Source: Fimicolochytrium jonesii
Lineage: Eukaryota
Reading direction: 5' to 3'
DNA length: 64,000 nt
NCBI RefSeq assembly: GCF_025526975.1
Contig: NW_026515697.1
Coordinates: forward strand, 1-64,000
The notes beneath the pieces are model-generated. The model ran no database searches, was not told where the DNA came from, and saw only the letters and a program-made list of their open reading frames with translations. The position numbers and the translations under genes were made by a program. Positions 37,271 through 49,154 of the stretch are shown in pieces; position 1 is the stretch's first letter; each line of letters opens with the position of its first letter.

Positions 37271-40200
37271 CTACTCACCGTTGGGCGGCGGAAACGTGCT
37301 TTTGAACATCCAAGAGCTCGGGTTTACATTCACGCCAGGGAACCCGCCGAACCCGCCGAACCCGCCAAGAAGCTGTTCAATCATCGACCCAGTGCGCGGC
37401 ATCTCAGGGCCCAAGTTCGGAGTCACGGGAGTCACGGGAGTGACAGGTTTCACGGGACTCGGCGGTATATTCATGCTCGCCGACGACGACGCCCTGCGCG
37501 CCATGCCCATCCGCCTCCTGGCCTTCTCGTCCTCGTAGAACTGGGTACTCGCCGCCTTTTCCTCATCGTTCATTTCATCCTCGACCTCTTGCAGCATATC
37601 GGAGTGTTTGCGGACGGCGACGAGATCTTCGCGCAGGTTTCTAAGAACCGCTTCCAATGGCGGATCGGGGTTTTCTACGGGGAATAGCTCGTCTTCGTCT
37701 TCGGGGGAGAGCTGCCAACTGTCGCTCATGTCGGGGACGCGGAAGTATTGCTTCATTTCGGCTTTCGTGAAGTTCCGAGAGGTTTGCTTCTGGTCCACGA
37801 CGTGCCTGGAAGGTTGGAGAGCATCAGTCACGAGCACTCGGTGAAAGAATGGAAGTGTCATGGTTGCATACTTTGAAAGGGCCAACTTCTGGATATTTTT
37901 CTTATACAATGTCGACTCGAACGTATCGTGTGCTTGTATTCGATAAACGATGACCTCTTCCTGTTGTCGATAACGATACGCCTGCATGCAACCACGTTCA
38001 TTAGCATCAACGGCGGCAAACTCAACCGTCTCACGCGAAACACGTACCCGGGAGATAGCTTGCTCTGCATCGGATGGGTTCCAGGTTAAGTCGAAAAGGA
38101 TAACCCGGCTAGCAGCACTTAGGTTGATTCCAAGGTTGCCTGCCTTCAGTGATATGGCAAAGGCTGTGCACTTGGACTCCTTGTTGAAGGCATCAATGTC
38201 ACGCTGTCTCTTCACGAGAGAAGTACTGCCATCGAATGATAGCACGTTGATTTGCTCCTTTTTGAGCGTCTCAACGATGAAGTCTAGGAGAGCACCGTTG
38301 GTCAGCAGCCGCGAAGTCTCAGAATGGCGACAGAAGCAAAGGACATACATAGCGTCGGGATGCTGCTAGTGAAAATCAGGATCTTCTTCCCCATGTTCTT
38401 GGTGGTCCTGACAATCTCGACCAAGACTTTCATCTTGTTCGAATGTACGATGTCAACTGTATCGGAACCTAATCGAATTTTGTTAGTATGCGGATGCTTT
38501 TGCCAAGCCCTCACGGTTCTCCCTACCTGTTAGCCTTCGATCATCTTCTCCATCCACACTTCCTTCCCTTGACCCACCACGACTCCGTTCGCCAGGTGAA
38601 TATTTCGCGAAGATTTCATCGAACGTTGGATACAGGGTTTGGAGCAGCCTGCCAATTTCAAAGTCAAGTCTCCAACCAGTGGACCATGGATTATAAGCTC
38701 CATCCTTACCCATCAGCCGCGGTATTCTCGTCTTCTCCAATCTCATCCTGGCCCGGTTCCGACGTTAAAGCCAACAGTCCGGGGTCAGTAGCGGGAGTGG
38801 CTTTATCAATCCTTGCTTTCTTTGCGACAGCGCCAGATTTCTTTTTCTCAAGTTCCTCCTATGAAGGCATACGGTTGTTGGAGGGAACGATATGCACACG
38901 GTTACAAATTACATGAGCGCATACCTTGAAGATTTGTGGATGGGCACACAACTGCTTTAACGACGGTACCCGGGCTAACACAGTGGCAGCGTTCTCCTCG
39001 CGAAGATCTGCATTGGTGAGGTACGCCCGCAGCAGCTCGTATTGCAGCTGGGTGACCTTGCAGTCGATGACGTATTCGGTTTTCGGCTTGAGCTCCGTCT
39101 TTAGCACGCTGGTGTCCTTTCGTTGTACAATGGGCTCGATCAACTTGGTCAAAGCATATAACCGAAGTCTTGAGAGCTTTTTGTCCATTTCGGTGGAGTC
39201 TATATGCAACCCATTGTTGATTGGATTCTCATAGGCGTTTCGGAATTCTTTGAGGTCGCCGAGATAGTTGTTCACCGCATAATCGATCATGACCCTAAGG
39301 AAAAAGACGATATGAGGAAAGAGCACCCTGCACGACCAAGGAAAGATGAACCCACCAATATTCGCTCAAATGATTCTGCAATGGAGTTCCTGTAAGCAAC
39401 ACACGCGATGGTGTCTGGAAGAGGCCCAATGCATTCGCACGCTGCGATTCGCTGTTTTTGATCTGTAAGAAGTTGTGAGTAACCGCTTCATACGTTCACC
39501 GTCACCGCATCTCAATTCGCCAAGTAACTCACATAATGACCCTCATCACACACAATCAAAGACGCGCCTTCAAACAGCGTTTTCCGGAGCGCGACAAAGC
39601 TCGCCAGTTCCGTTTCCTTCCTTGGGTCCATCTGCAGCTTCGCTTCCGCTAGTACCAAATTCTTGTGCATTCCAGTGATGTAGTCATAGGTTGCCAGGAG
39701 AACGCCTCCGTTTTCGTGCCAATCCCGAATCTGCTCAAGACGCTGCATATCGCCTGTAATACATTTTCCGCATCAATGATGGACTGCCAGTCCTTAACGC
39801 GTATATGTCTCACCTAAGGTCAGAGCCGTCGAGAGAACGCGCACAAGACGGGAATCAGCATCTTGTGAGCGTGCTACCCATTGGTTAAACTCTCGAGCCC
39901 TTGTATCACCTCTGTTAACTCATGCGTTGAACGACGGAAGCTTGCCTTCAACGGTTCACCCACCAATTCTCAAGCACTATTGGGGGTACGACGATCAAGG
40001 CTTGTTTGTTCTGCAACAGTACCTGGTCAGCGGACGGGGCGAACGCAAGAATCCGAGGGCCAGCGAGTTGTCGGGGGGCGGGGGCGTTCGCTTCGCCCGC
40101 AAATATCCAACGCTCGCCGGTGCTCGGTAAGAACCGCGGCGAGGGAAAGATTGCGTACTCAGCGCAATAGGTACCCGCTACGGCTCGCCGTTCGCGAATT

Positions 40201-43200
40201 GAGGTCGGGCGGGTGATCGGGAACGGTCTCCTCGACGCGAGGAACTCGCTCCGCTAGCCGCTTCGCTTCGTCTCGCCGCGGAAGGCGTTCGCTCTGGTCA
40301 CCCCCGCTTGCAAGTGCGAGAACGAAAAGCCTCTCTCACCTTTGCGCCCTCGGCGCAATGTGGAAAGAAGAACTCTCTCCGCTCGACGCTCGCTTCGCCG
40401 GCGCCGGGCGAGTGACCGTCAAGTGTACCCCTCCGCGCAAGGAACTCGCTCTCTCGCGAAAGGCGTTCGCTCCGGCCGCCCTCGTTCGCAAGTGCAAGAG
40501 AACCGAAACCCTCCCTCACCTTCAAATGCTCAGGGACCGCCGGATTGTTCCGCGCGATTTCTCGGAACAGGGTATATATCAAGGTGATCGTCTGAATAGT
40601 CTTGCCTGCGCCGTAAACAGCATGAATCTCATGCTACAACAGGTAACAACAGGAAAAGCGAGAAAACAGTACCTAATCCTTGCGCATGCGCCAAAATACA
40701 TCCCGCATGCCTCATCCCGTGTCCATCAGCAGAAGGCTGCTTGACCATCAAGATATTCTTCCACATAAACTGCACACCCTGAACCTGATGATCAAACAGC
40801 TCTCTCGCCAAAAAGTTGGGAATGAAGATATCTTCCTCCGAGTCATCATGTCCCAGGTTGATGAGAATCTGAGGCGAGACATACAGTCTCAGTAACTCTT
40901 CGGGTAAGCAAGGCCTTTTTTATCACACACATTTTTCTGACCTTCTTTTCTGGACCATTGAACCGCTTCTGCTGAGCTTTCGCTCGCGACGCAATCTGAG
41001 CGTCCTGCTGCCGTCTCTTATTTCGGATGTTCAGCGTTGCCAAGTTCTCGGGCTGAATCGCTTTGATCTCCCTACGCCCTTTAGGGTGAGGCAGCCGCTG
41101 CTCTTTTGGACCGTCCGATTCGCCGGAGGCGATGTCTTCCACGGATATCGGGCTGCTGCTTCGTGGTACTGCGCGTCGAATGGTGTTGTTTCCTGAAGTC
41201 GGTCGTCGGAGGGTGCCTTTGTTCACCGTTGGTTTGAAGGAGCGCTTTCCTGTGATAGCCGATGCAAAGTCATGTTAGATCGAAGAGAAATCATATGCTC
41301 GAGCCTACCGAATGACGGGGCCAACTTACTCGTAGCCGGCTGTCTCGCGCCCAAATCTGAATCCTCCTCCTCCTGCGAATGAACCGAAACTTCCTCCGCA
41401 TCAGCTTCCGAGGCAGACGCAATCTCGTCCAAAATTCTGTCATCCACATCGTCATATGTCTTCTCCGCCAGTCGGAATTCGATGAACATCTGAAAATCTG
41501 ATTTTTCCTGTTCACGATTGTGCGCTTCCACCCACTGGTCCCGTATGGTACCCGGGTCCACCTTCTCCACCCCCTCCTCGTCCTCAGGAGGGGCGTGCAG
41601 GCCCTGGACGAAATGAACAAACTCCATCACTAAGCGGTGATGCAGCTTTTGCTTCAGGGTGCGGAGGTCTGGAAGGATGCCGAATTCAGCATCCTGACGT
41701 GCTCGATTCACGCTTTTCAATAGACGACTATCGTTCCCGGCTAACGACCAGTATTTGATGAAATAGCCATCCAAAGCCTTCTCAGCTTGCAAAGCCTGAC
41801 TAGCTTTCGATCGTGTGGACTTCGGTTTGGTGAAGCGCGGCACATCCCTTGGAATTTTGCCGCCCACGGGAATTCGGCGTTTTTTCGCCTTTTCGGAATT
41901 GGGCACAGCACGATCATCCGTCGATGAGCTCGACCCATCTACAGATACTGGCGGGTTCGACGCCTTCCCCATGTATTTGGCTAAGCGGGATGTGGGGAAT
42001 CCACTAGGTTTCGCACCAGGCATATTTGCTGGAGGCTGGGGTTTGGTGGGACTGGAGGGTTCGTCATCGGACACCAAGGAGATGACTCCATGGTCGCGGC
42101 CAGGTTTCGATGGGGGTACAGGCGCTGTCGATGGACCCCCACTGTCCCGGCGAGGCACCGGAGGCAAGACCGTCGCAGTGTTCAGCTCTTCCATTGATTC
42201 GTCTGCACCTGTCACTTCCAGGTCGCCGTTCTGTTTCAGTAGCGGGGGAGGTGTTTTTGGTGACGTTGGACTCTCCGAGCGGGGAGCCGGCGCGGGAAAG
42301 GACGGTTCAATGATCATCTCCTCCCCTGATTCTTCTGCATTTGCATCCATAGACGAAGCAACATCTTCAACGGGTATAGTGCCCTCATCAGCAGAGATCT
42401 CATCCGGAACCTCAGGAGAGACGACGGTATCATCGCTCTCATCCCTCGCAGCGGACATCTCCAAATCATCCTCTTCGCATTTCACTTCTTTCCAGGGAGG
42501 TGGCCGTTCTGCGGCCTCCTCATCGGTATCCGACCCGAATCTGTGAACCCATTTCGTTCTGGCCGGCACCTCCATCGGAAACTCATCTTCGCTGGCTATG
42601 AAATCGCTCCAGGATTCCTTCTCCGCCGCAGCTTTCGTGCCAGACTTCTTCTTGCCTCTGGCGCTGTTTATCTTCTTTCGCTCTGGGCGCCTTGGGGGCT
42701 CTGGAGGTTCACCGTGCAGCAGGTCCACTATCCATAACTTCTCACAGATCGTTCTGATCGTCTCGCTTGAAGCTGCACATTGAGTGCGTACCTCTTTCGA
42801 AGTTTGTACTCGCAGACACGCGTACGTGTTGAGGTGACCTTCCAATCTCCGCGTTTCGAGGTCCATTATTTCAGCCCGCAGTGCTTCTACCATCCCCTCG
42901 TACTGATGATAGATGTTGTGAGCCTCAAGCTCTAGTTTCGGCTTTTCGACTTCGTCCCACGTCGCCCGCATCTTTTCAAATTCCTCGGCCACTATCGTTC
43001 GGATGTCGTCTGAGGAGAGGAATTTTGTTGATCCGACGACAGCAGGCATAGGAGCCTCCTCCCGAGTTTTCCAAAATCTCTTCGCTTTAGCAGATAATGT
43101 GCTGCGCTGGCGACCAGTTCGCGTGTAGTCTCGCAGGTCGTCATCGACGTCGCCGTTGCTGACATCCACCTTCTTCCCGTTCACCAAGGGCATATATGCC

Positions 43201-44065
43201 GCCACATTTTCCTTTCCATCTCCTTCCGCAGCTTTAGGTGCGGGTTGTTCGGGTTGTTTCGCCGGCTTCGCTTCTCGTTCCTCATCCGACCACTCGGACT
43301 CATCTGACCACGCATAGTCCTCCTTATCGGACTGCCCATACGGTGGCAAAACTTCGTCCTCGTCGTCATCCCCACCATCCAACAGTTGGTCGTCTGCGCG
43401 TTTGCACGTGTATCCTCCTGCGACCTTATTCGTGTATCCTGTCGACGCCATCGGCATCCCGGGCCTATCGCTGGAATCTTCCAATTCGACTTCTTCGGGA
43501 ACGTATCGTCCGCTGTTGTCCACATAATCTAATCGATACGAATTCACCGTCGTTTGAGATGATCACGGAAACGGGTGCAGATGAACGAAGATGCTCACCA
43601 ACAACGCCGCTGAACCCTCGTTTGTAAACGCGCGCCGTGGTGTTCTTTCGGATAGGAGGTACCCAGGCTGCTATGAATTCTTCGTGTTCGGGGAAGCGCT
43701 TGTTTTCCAGGTCGGTGCGATCTACGCAGTTGTCCCGGGATAGCATGCGTTTAATGTACCGCTGCAAATGAAAGAGATAAGAAGATCGCTCCATGGAGGC
43801 ACAATTGGAAAGACCCCCTATGTACCTGGCACATTCTTCGCCGTATGGAAGCGGTCTTCGTCTTGCCTACGAAAGGCGCCCCGGTAGGTCAGCTTCACAG
43901 TCACCCTCCGGTCAATCGACAAAACTCACCTCTACTTGATATATATGCGAAACTATCGTCTTCGTCCTCCTGATCTGCGTCTCGTTTCCGTTTTCCAATA
44001 GATCGTGTGAAGAAGAATGGCAAGTATGGAACCAAAAACGGGTCCGGACCTCCCGCGGCGGACAT
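37271..44065 (-). CDS. SNF2-family ATRX/ARIP4-like chromatin-remodelling ATPase
   Basis: GCILAHAQGLGKT, IVVPPIVLENW, IVCDEGH, TGTPLQNHLSEY, SLKAGNLGINL...WNPSDAEQAISRAYRYRQ. Long acidic N-terminal region; 3' end approximate. Confidence 0.93.
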
Positions 44066-44456
44066 TATGGAGTGACAACTTGGACGCCGCGTCAGTGGTG
44101 TGGAAAAGGTATAGGGACCCCTGTAACCGCCCAAAAAGAGTAAGACTTCCTGTCTTGCAGCAAGCTACATCAGGGGTCTGTGCCGTTAGACCCCCGGCTA
44201 TTGATGCGGGGTTCGAAAGCCACGTTCGAGGAGGTTCGAGGGCTGTGACAGCAGAGCGACTGAACGCGCTTTGGTTCGCACAGGCCGAAGGCTCGTTGAC
44301 AGACGACGACGACGACGAGGACGACGCAACAACAACAACAACAACACCCACCAGCTCGCTTTCACACCACCAGGAGGAGGCTACGTATCCTATCTGTCTC
44401 AGTCACAGCTCTTTTCCTCAGCTCATTGCGAACAAAAGGGCAGAAACTCGGCAGAC

Positions 44457-44897
44457 ATGACTTCTTTCTACGACGAAGTCGAAATCGAGGACATGGACTA
44501 CGACGAGGAGACAAAGACGTACTACTACCCATGTCCATGTGGGGATAAGTTCGCTATCACAGAGGTGGGCAGCGTTTCGGGGTTGTGAAGGTGTGCTCAC
44601 ACACGACAGTCGTTGGGGAATGTCAAGTGTCGCCGGTCAGGAGGCAGGGGAGGGCATGAACGAACCCCTGCGAGACTACGCCCCTTGAGATGGAACTCCT
44701 CAAATCCCTCGTCAAGTCCATTCCCACTAACCCACTCCCTCCCTTCCCAGGATGAACTCCGCGCTGGCGACGAAGTAGCCCAATGCCCAAGTTGCTCGCT
44801 CATCATCCGCGTGATATACGATCCAGAGGAGTTCATGGACGACGAGGATGGGGGGGATACCATCGATCTGCCTGCGTTGGTCTCTGTTGAGGCTTGA
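44457..44897 (+). CDS. DPH3: Diphthamide biosynthesis protein 3 (CSL zinc finger)
   Basis: YDEVEIEDM...[39 protein letters not shown]; intron 44565-44750. Confidence 0.97.
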
Positions 44898-46369
44898 AAT
44901 CCGATTGATGTTTTGCACTCGCGGGCTAGGGCTGATCGCGGGAGGACTCCCAAGAACATGCGGCCGGACGTAGGGGGCGAGGACCCACAACCCACCCACC
45001 ACCCGGCCCGCCCGTCGCCGCCGCAGCCAGCAGATCCTTCTTTCAGCTGTATATAGGCCGTCCCTTGACTCGCCAAACTCCGCATGCCATCGTCGCATGG
45101 CCACTCACTGTAACACACCCAACGCCTCGCCCGTCGTCACTCGCCGGTCCCAATTCATGTATCTTTTTTGCAACCGTTTTGTCATCTTGATATCAGTCCA
45201 TGTATCTGTAACTTAAGAACTCATAAGAAAATGCTTTTGCATCTCTGTAAATCCCAATTTCCATCCATTCAGTGGAACTTTCGACACATCTCATGCGCAT
45301 GTGTCAATTTTACTGGGTCAAGTGTTTTCGTATTTGGTGGTGTTCCACCGATCGATGTTTGTCCCCATTGATATGTGGCCGACCCTATGTGTGTTGCAAT
45401 CTGGGCAGGGGGTTGAGCGGTTCGTTTGGGAACATCAGGTGCACGGGTTGACTCCGAGGTAGTCTATAACAAGCACCGGCAAAAGGTGGCTGACGGAGAT
45501 TGGGGCTAGCCGGGTCTTTAGTTAGACGGAGCGTCGACTAAAGATGGCACAGGTCAGCGCCGACCGAGCTATGTGCAGGAGGAGCAAAACCCATGCCGAC
45601 ATGACCTGCTCTCCCAACACAAGTTCCAACTTGGACACAGATGGACACACCTCTCTTCCGCGACAGGCTCAATCATCCTCATTCGTATCTGTACGTGTTG
45701 TGCAGCCGTTGCCACACTAAATGACGGAAAAGTCAAAGTCCTTCTGTCTTGCTGCTTGAATTCTGGATGAATTTGTTATGTTGTTTTTGAACATTCCATC
45801 GCAGGTGCTCCATGTACAAATTGATTGCCCAACACAGCGTACCAAGAAGCTGCAAATGTAGTAGCATCTGAACGAGAGTCTTACGCTGCGGACATGGATT
45901 GATGGGCCTTGCTGTCAGACACCGGGAGACCTGGGCCGACGAGAAGAGCCACCGGCTTATCGAATTGTCGCGGATTGGCCTCACCCCTTGGGTGCTGGGA
46001 ACCCGTTTAAGATCCCTATTGTGTACAAAAATAGTTGAGCCAGTTTGTCGAAATCCCTGGGTGCCAACACCCACGTTCCGATAAACATGAACAAGGTTGG
46101 TCGAGCCTACCAGCAACAAGCAGGACCTGGCTTTGACATGTCGCTGTTCGGAATGTATACCAACTCGGCGCACATCCCTCAAGCTAGCAAACCTTCTCCA
46201 GCTGGCAGATCAGTACATCGTTGACCCGGCGCTGTATACTAATAGATTTGAATGAATTTGATGCCTGCTCACATCGTGAAACGCTCATTGCATATGTCCC
46301 TGCCATGTAAACACATATACACGTTATGTGGGAATCGTTCAGCCAAGATCTGGCAGACTATCTGTCATC

Positions 46370-46573
46370 CTTGGTTGACGGCACTGACGCAACCAAAACA
46401 AATCAAGAGACTCCATCTGGCTGGCTAGCGACGGGCTCACTCTAGGTTGACGGCATTGACGCAATAGCAAAGCAAGAGACTCCGCCTGGCTGGCTAGCGA
46501 CGGACTTACTCTTGGTTGACCGCATTGGCGCATCGAGATCGAGGCAACGAGACTCTTCTGGCTGGCTAGGGAT
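46370..46573. repeat. Three diverged tandem repeats of about 70 bp
   Basis: Units start at 46370, 46442 and 46511 with the pattern CT(T/A)GGTTGAC.GCA.TG.CGCA-variable-GAGACTC...CTGGCTGGCTAG. Confidence 0.9.
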
Positions 46574-47229
46574 GTGGGGCACCCCAAAATACCCGACGAG
46601 CGAATCGGACTGAGTGACGGAGTTTGAGAAGCAAGCCTTAAGCCGCATTTGGGTACGATAAGGGCTATTCTCATTTCAAGCTCAGTACGTGGTTCAAGGG
46701 ATGGCAGAGGAAGTCCGCAATATGGCGGCTAGCGATGGGCCAGTGTCGTTTGGGACAGCAAAGTGCCAATTTGAGAGGGTCGGAGCGGAGTTGAAGTCTG
46801 AGTCAAAGGGCAAAGCTCCGGTAGGCCCCGCTATGGGCATTCTTAATCTCCTCTTCGATGGTTCAAATGGTGGCGAAATATGCTGGCTAATGACAGGCCA
46901 GTCTCGTTTGGGCAGCAAATTGCAAACCCAAGCGGTCGGAGGCGGTCGGAGTCTGTGTCGGAGTTACTGTAGAGTAAGCCGTGAGCCACGTTGGCGTGCT
47001 GTTTTTGTGCAATCACGTCACACTTCCAGAACACGGAATGACAGTATTTTCGACCAACTCCGCCTGCCACCTCCGCCTGGCTTGGCCCGCAAGCAACCAG
47101 AATTCACTTCAGTTCCCGTCTCCGACTATTTATACTCAGTTGCGTCTCAGACAATCCAGTTTCTCGCCGACCTTCTCGAGTGATAGAAGACACAGCGTTC
47201 AAAATGGCGTGTGCACAGATATGGAGTTG

Positions 47230-47757
47230 TCAAGAGTACATTGAGCTAGTGCGTCGAGATCCCTGGTGCCGACCCCGAGTTACGATAAACAAAATGCACG
47301 GATACGGCAAGACTTCCCAGGCGGTTGCCAATCGCCGGTCTATTCGTGTTCGGTTTTTTCGTGTTCGTGTTAATCGCTCAAGCCCACATCGCCGGATCCG
47401 CGCTGAACGTGGAGCTGCCTGAGCTGACCGTCTCGCAGGCCGCGTCGTTGGCGCTGCGGTAGTGGTTGTTGGCGGGGCGACCGTCGGCACTGGAAAGTTG
47501 ACGGGGACTGTGGGTAGCGTTGTTGCAAAGTACGCAGGGGTCGGGTTAGAGGCCGGTGTTGCTGTGCCGGTGGCCGTTCCAGGGGTTGTGGTGGTACTGG
47601 CGGCCGTGCTGCCGGCCGTTGTTGAAGTTCGTGCCGTGGTAGTGGAGCTGGCGACAGTCTTGTCCCGTCTATACCAGTAGAACGAGGAGGATGATATTGA
47701 ACAGCAGCAGATCAAGCATGCGGCAAACGCTAACAAGGCAATATTCATATTGCTCAC
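47230..47757 (-). CDS. Small membrane-anchored or secreted Thr/Pro-rich (mucin-like) protein
   Basis: Hydrophobic N-terminus IALLAFAACLICCCSISSSSFYWY followed by a T/P/A-rich stalk; C-terminus uncertain. Confidence 0.5.
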   Translation of the reverse strand: MSNMNIALLAFAACLICCCSISSSSFYWYRRDKTVASSTTTARTSTTAGSTAASTTTTPGTATGTATPASNPTPAYFATTLPTVPVNFPVPTVAPPTTTTAAPTTRPARRSAQAAPRSARIRRCGLERLTRTRKNRTRIDRRLATAWEVLPYPCILFIVTRGRHQGSRRTSSMYS

Positions 47758-47832
47758 TCACTGAAATGGAACCCTTTTTAAAGTCGCAATGGAAATTCTC
47801 AGGTCGGATTGATATACGAGGAATTACAAGCA

Positions 47833-49154
47833 CTACTTCAACAACTCAGAAGACTCATCCCAGAGACTCTTCATCTTCTTCACAATCCTCTCTATTTCTT
47901 CTCGTTGATCTACGTGGTTGTTATACGCACGGGTGAGTCTGGCTTTCTCTATTTCCCTCTCCTCAGCGTCTGTCACGAATCGCAGATTCTTATAATCTAC
48001 TTTGAGCTGCTTTGCAGCAGAAACATAGTCCAAAACGAGTTCCTTCCTCTCCTTAGCTAGCGTTTCAGTCTCATCCTGAATAGCTTTAACCCTGACCAAG
48101 ATATCGCACTTTCGTATCATCTCGTCAACGTCGTACTCCCTCTTTGTGCTCTTCTCTAAGAATTTTTTCGTCTGAAGCTCGCTATCGTACTCGCCGCTAG
48201 AGATATTGCTTTCATACTCGCGTATATCTGCAATATCCTTCTCGCTGAGCGGCAGGGCGGTCCAGGATGCGGTTAGATGATCGAACGTCCAACGGCCTGG
48301 GCGACAATCCTTTGCCATCTCCACTCTCTTGGGAACGGAGACGGTAATCAAGATCTTCCCATCTTCCATCAATTCTGCTGTGTGTTTTGCAATCCATCCC
48401 GGATCATCGCCTTTCGTGTCGTTCAGCGTGCGGCACTTCATGGTGTTAAGGTTCAACACACATACTTGCGCCTTCTGTTTACGGTGTCCCAAGTAACCGA
48501 GGGAACCGATAAGAACGATGGTGTCGAGTCCAACAAGGGTGGCGGTGTGGCAATCGGTAGGCGGAAAATCGTCGGTGTGGTATTGTAGCACGTGAATAGT
48601 ACCGTCGGGCTTCACCACAGTCACATCGTTGTAGATGAAATAATCCTCGTCAAGGAACTCATCATGCCACCCCCCAATATACAACTTGGTCCCAACCGGC
48701 AACTTCCCTATGCAAGTCGTATCCACCTCCTGCTCAAGAATCGTCCGGCTTCGTCCCGTTCGGTAAAAACACCACACCGGGTCTTTCTCCAAGCATCCGC
48801 GTCTCTCTTTCCCATATGATATTCGTAGGCCTGCAGGGCGGGCCACCCAGTCATAATCATCTCGATATGGTAAGGTGTAGTGATGTCTTCGGGGGATTCC
48901 TTCACTGCGTTGTGTTTAGCGAGCCCATGCTCTTTGAACATGGCTCGGGTCACTCGCTTGTCCCACTTCCGTCGGTAGTAGACCTGCTGCATCTTCGGTG
49001 GCGTATACCCGGAGCACGACTGAGGTTCAGGCAACTCAATGGGGAACCTGGGCAAATCGTCGCGAGGATCCTTCTTCTTCCTCTCAACCGGAGTCGGTGC
49101 CTGATAGTCGTCCGCGAGAACGAAAAACATGTTCCCGCCCTTGTGCTTGGTCAT
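47833..49154 (-). CDS. Intronless Kelch-like protein of a family I associate with bacteria and some fungi; split by a -1 frameshift (pseudogene or recoded gene)
   Basis: PVWCFYRTGRS...LP.GT...IGGWHDEFLDEDYFIYNDV...DFPPTDCHTATLV...IGSLGY...PGWIAKHTAEL. The N-terminal part (PEDITTPYHIEMIMTGWPALQAY) is in a different frame and there is no GT-AG intron at the junction. Confidence 0.65.

Noticed and set aside
46370..46573. CRISPR-like repeat-spacer array
   Set aside because: Only three units, the variable parts are 9-12 nt, the repeats are diverged, the context is eukaryotic and there are no cas genes.
47245..47275. GCTAGTGC and ATCCCTGGTGC words resembling the remembered omegaRNA
   Set aside because: The blocks are in the wrong order and form no enclosing stem; probably chance.
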